NCBI GenBank assembly: GCA_046563655.1
Contig: CM102286.1
Span: 2,790,001 to 2,854,000, forward strand
From: Yuukianura sp. NJ FZ-2021
Taxonomy: Eukaryota
DNA: 64,000 nucleotides
Direction of reading: 5' to 3'
The notes beneath the pieces were generated by a model. It was not told where the DNA came from, made no database searches, and was given only the letters and a program-made list of their open reading frames with translations. Shown here one piece after another: positions 62,605-64,000 of the stretch. Positions within the stretch are counted from its first letter, which is position 1. Every line of letters begins with the position of its first letter. Position numbers and translations under genes: made by a program.

Positions 62605-62840
62605 CAAGGTCCCTTGACAACCGAACTGTATTTCCTACCACAGATTTTCCAATAACTCGGGGATTGCAAAAAAATTGCTTCAAATGACTGTTTTCCCCAG
62701 TTTTCCCTTAATTCCAATTGCTTAAAATGAAAATAATTACTATAGGAAAAAAGTTTTTCAAATTTTTTTAACAAAATGAAACACATCGAAAAATTGGACA
62801 ACCTGGTGTAGAAAAACTTTTTTTTTGTTTACGAACCTTG
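62605..62840. mobile_element. MITE, CAAGG...CCTTG family
   Basis: Ends caaggtcccttgacaac / gtttacgaaccttg; perfect TSD aagttttg. Confidence 0.85.
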
Positions 62841-64000
62841 AAGTTTTGGAAGGGAAAAATGATAAACCGAATTAGTCTACAATGCTCTCCATTTCCTGCA
62901 CCTTCCTAGGCTAAGATGGAAATCATAAATTCTGTCAAGATTTTTGAAATATACTACAAGTAAGTCTGCTTCTACGCGAGTTAATCGATTAATACCAGTG
63001 GTTGATTTATATCAGTTAACAATGAAATTGAGCGTAGAGGCAAAGGTTGTCTGTGGTTGAAGTGGAGGCGGGTGGCGGATCAATTTCATTCGGTTTGATG
63101 CGGCTGACACGACGTGAAATTGGGGCTGAGGGCCCTCAGCCCCTCAGCAGACGTGCCACAAACCAAACAGCACTGCAAGAATAATGTACGAAATAGACAG
63201 ACTGTGACGTTAGATGAAGCGTGGAACGGAATTTTGTTGACAGGATTCATTAACACTACGGACTTGGAAGTGTGAGTTCAGGTGTGTTTGTGTACAACTT
63301 CATTTTTCCATAGTTAGTGAATTTCAGAGTTCGAACCCCACAACTCATTTCAACAATTCAAAATTAAAAAAAAACACATTTCGAGGAAAAACAACTCCAA
63401 AAATGTATTTTTCAACGAAATGTATCTGACTTAATTTAGAAGCGTTTTCAGAAAAGCATTTCAACACTGCAGGCTTCGCAGTTTTGAAATTAAACAAAAA
63501 CAATTTGAGTAGCGTACTCCAGTGTTCAAAATGAAATTGACCTGGCGTACATAACTCTGCTCTTAAACAAATTGTTTTTTATCTTCAAACATTATACTTT
63601 GTTCAACGCGAACATTTATTGCACCACAACAACTTTTTTTATAAGATTTATTAGATTTAACCTTAAAAACAAAAGTAGATAAAGACTTCAACGTCAAAAG
63701 CATAACAGTTTAGTCCAAAAAGTTGGAATTGTCATCGGATATGGACATGAAGCACGAATTCAGCGGGGGTTTGCAGAACAAGATTTTACTACAAAATGGC
63801 AGCAAATCTTAGAAAAAAGGAGCAAGAAAACATAAATCTGCCTCCAAGTGGAGAATTATGTAGTTTTCTAGCTCTTTTATTTAGGTAATTACACATTCTG
63901 AACATGGAAGAGGGATGGAGACGTGGGGTAAGGCTTCAGCTAGCGTTGAAAGTTGCTGTTAAGACTTAAGGGCTGCAAAAGTGACTCATTCAAGAGCTTT

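Noticed and set aside
1..64000. CRISPR arrays, rRNA, telomeric arrays, autonomous transposase or reverse-transcriptase ORFs
   Set aside because: None seen; TTAGG/CCTAA occurs only as scattered one- or two-unit copies.

Overview
Eukaryotic, AT-rich, intron-containing DNA with GT-AG introns, most likely from an arthropod. The short introns and gene families suggest a hexapod, possibly a springtail (inference only). Left to right: (1) one + strand coding exon of a probable chaoptin-like LRR protein; (2) a minus-strand tandem array of GMC oxidoreductases (three complete 8-exon genes, one internally deleted pseudogene, one copy cut by a 100-N gap); (3) two tandem + strand genes for divergent Pol eta-like Y-family polymerases; (4) a TMBIM/Lifeguard gene; (5) 16 exons of a class C GPCR of the mangetout/DmXR type over ~35 kb, with its 5' end outside the window and many MITEs in its introns. 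The standout signal is the Y-family pair. Both copies keep the catalytic carboxylates but have Ala at the steric-gate position (DMDCFA, not DMDCFF/Y) and Gly at the Tyr that buttresses it. Both lack the regulatory C-terminal tail and carry an N-terminal domain that resembles a catalytically dead retropepsin fold. They are candidate naturally ribonucleotide-incorporating Y-family enzymes. Exon models were read by hand and checked for phase; all homology calls are from recalled motifs, with no database search.
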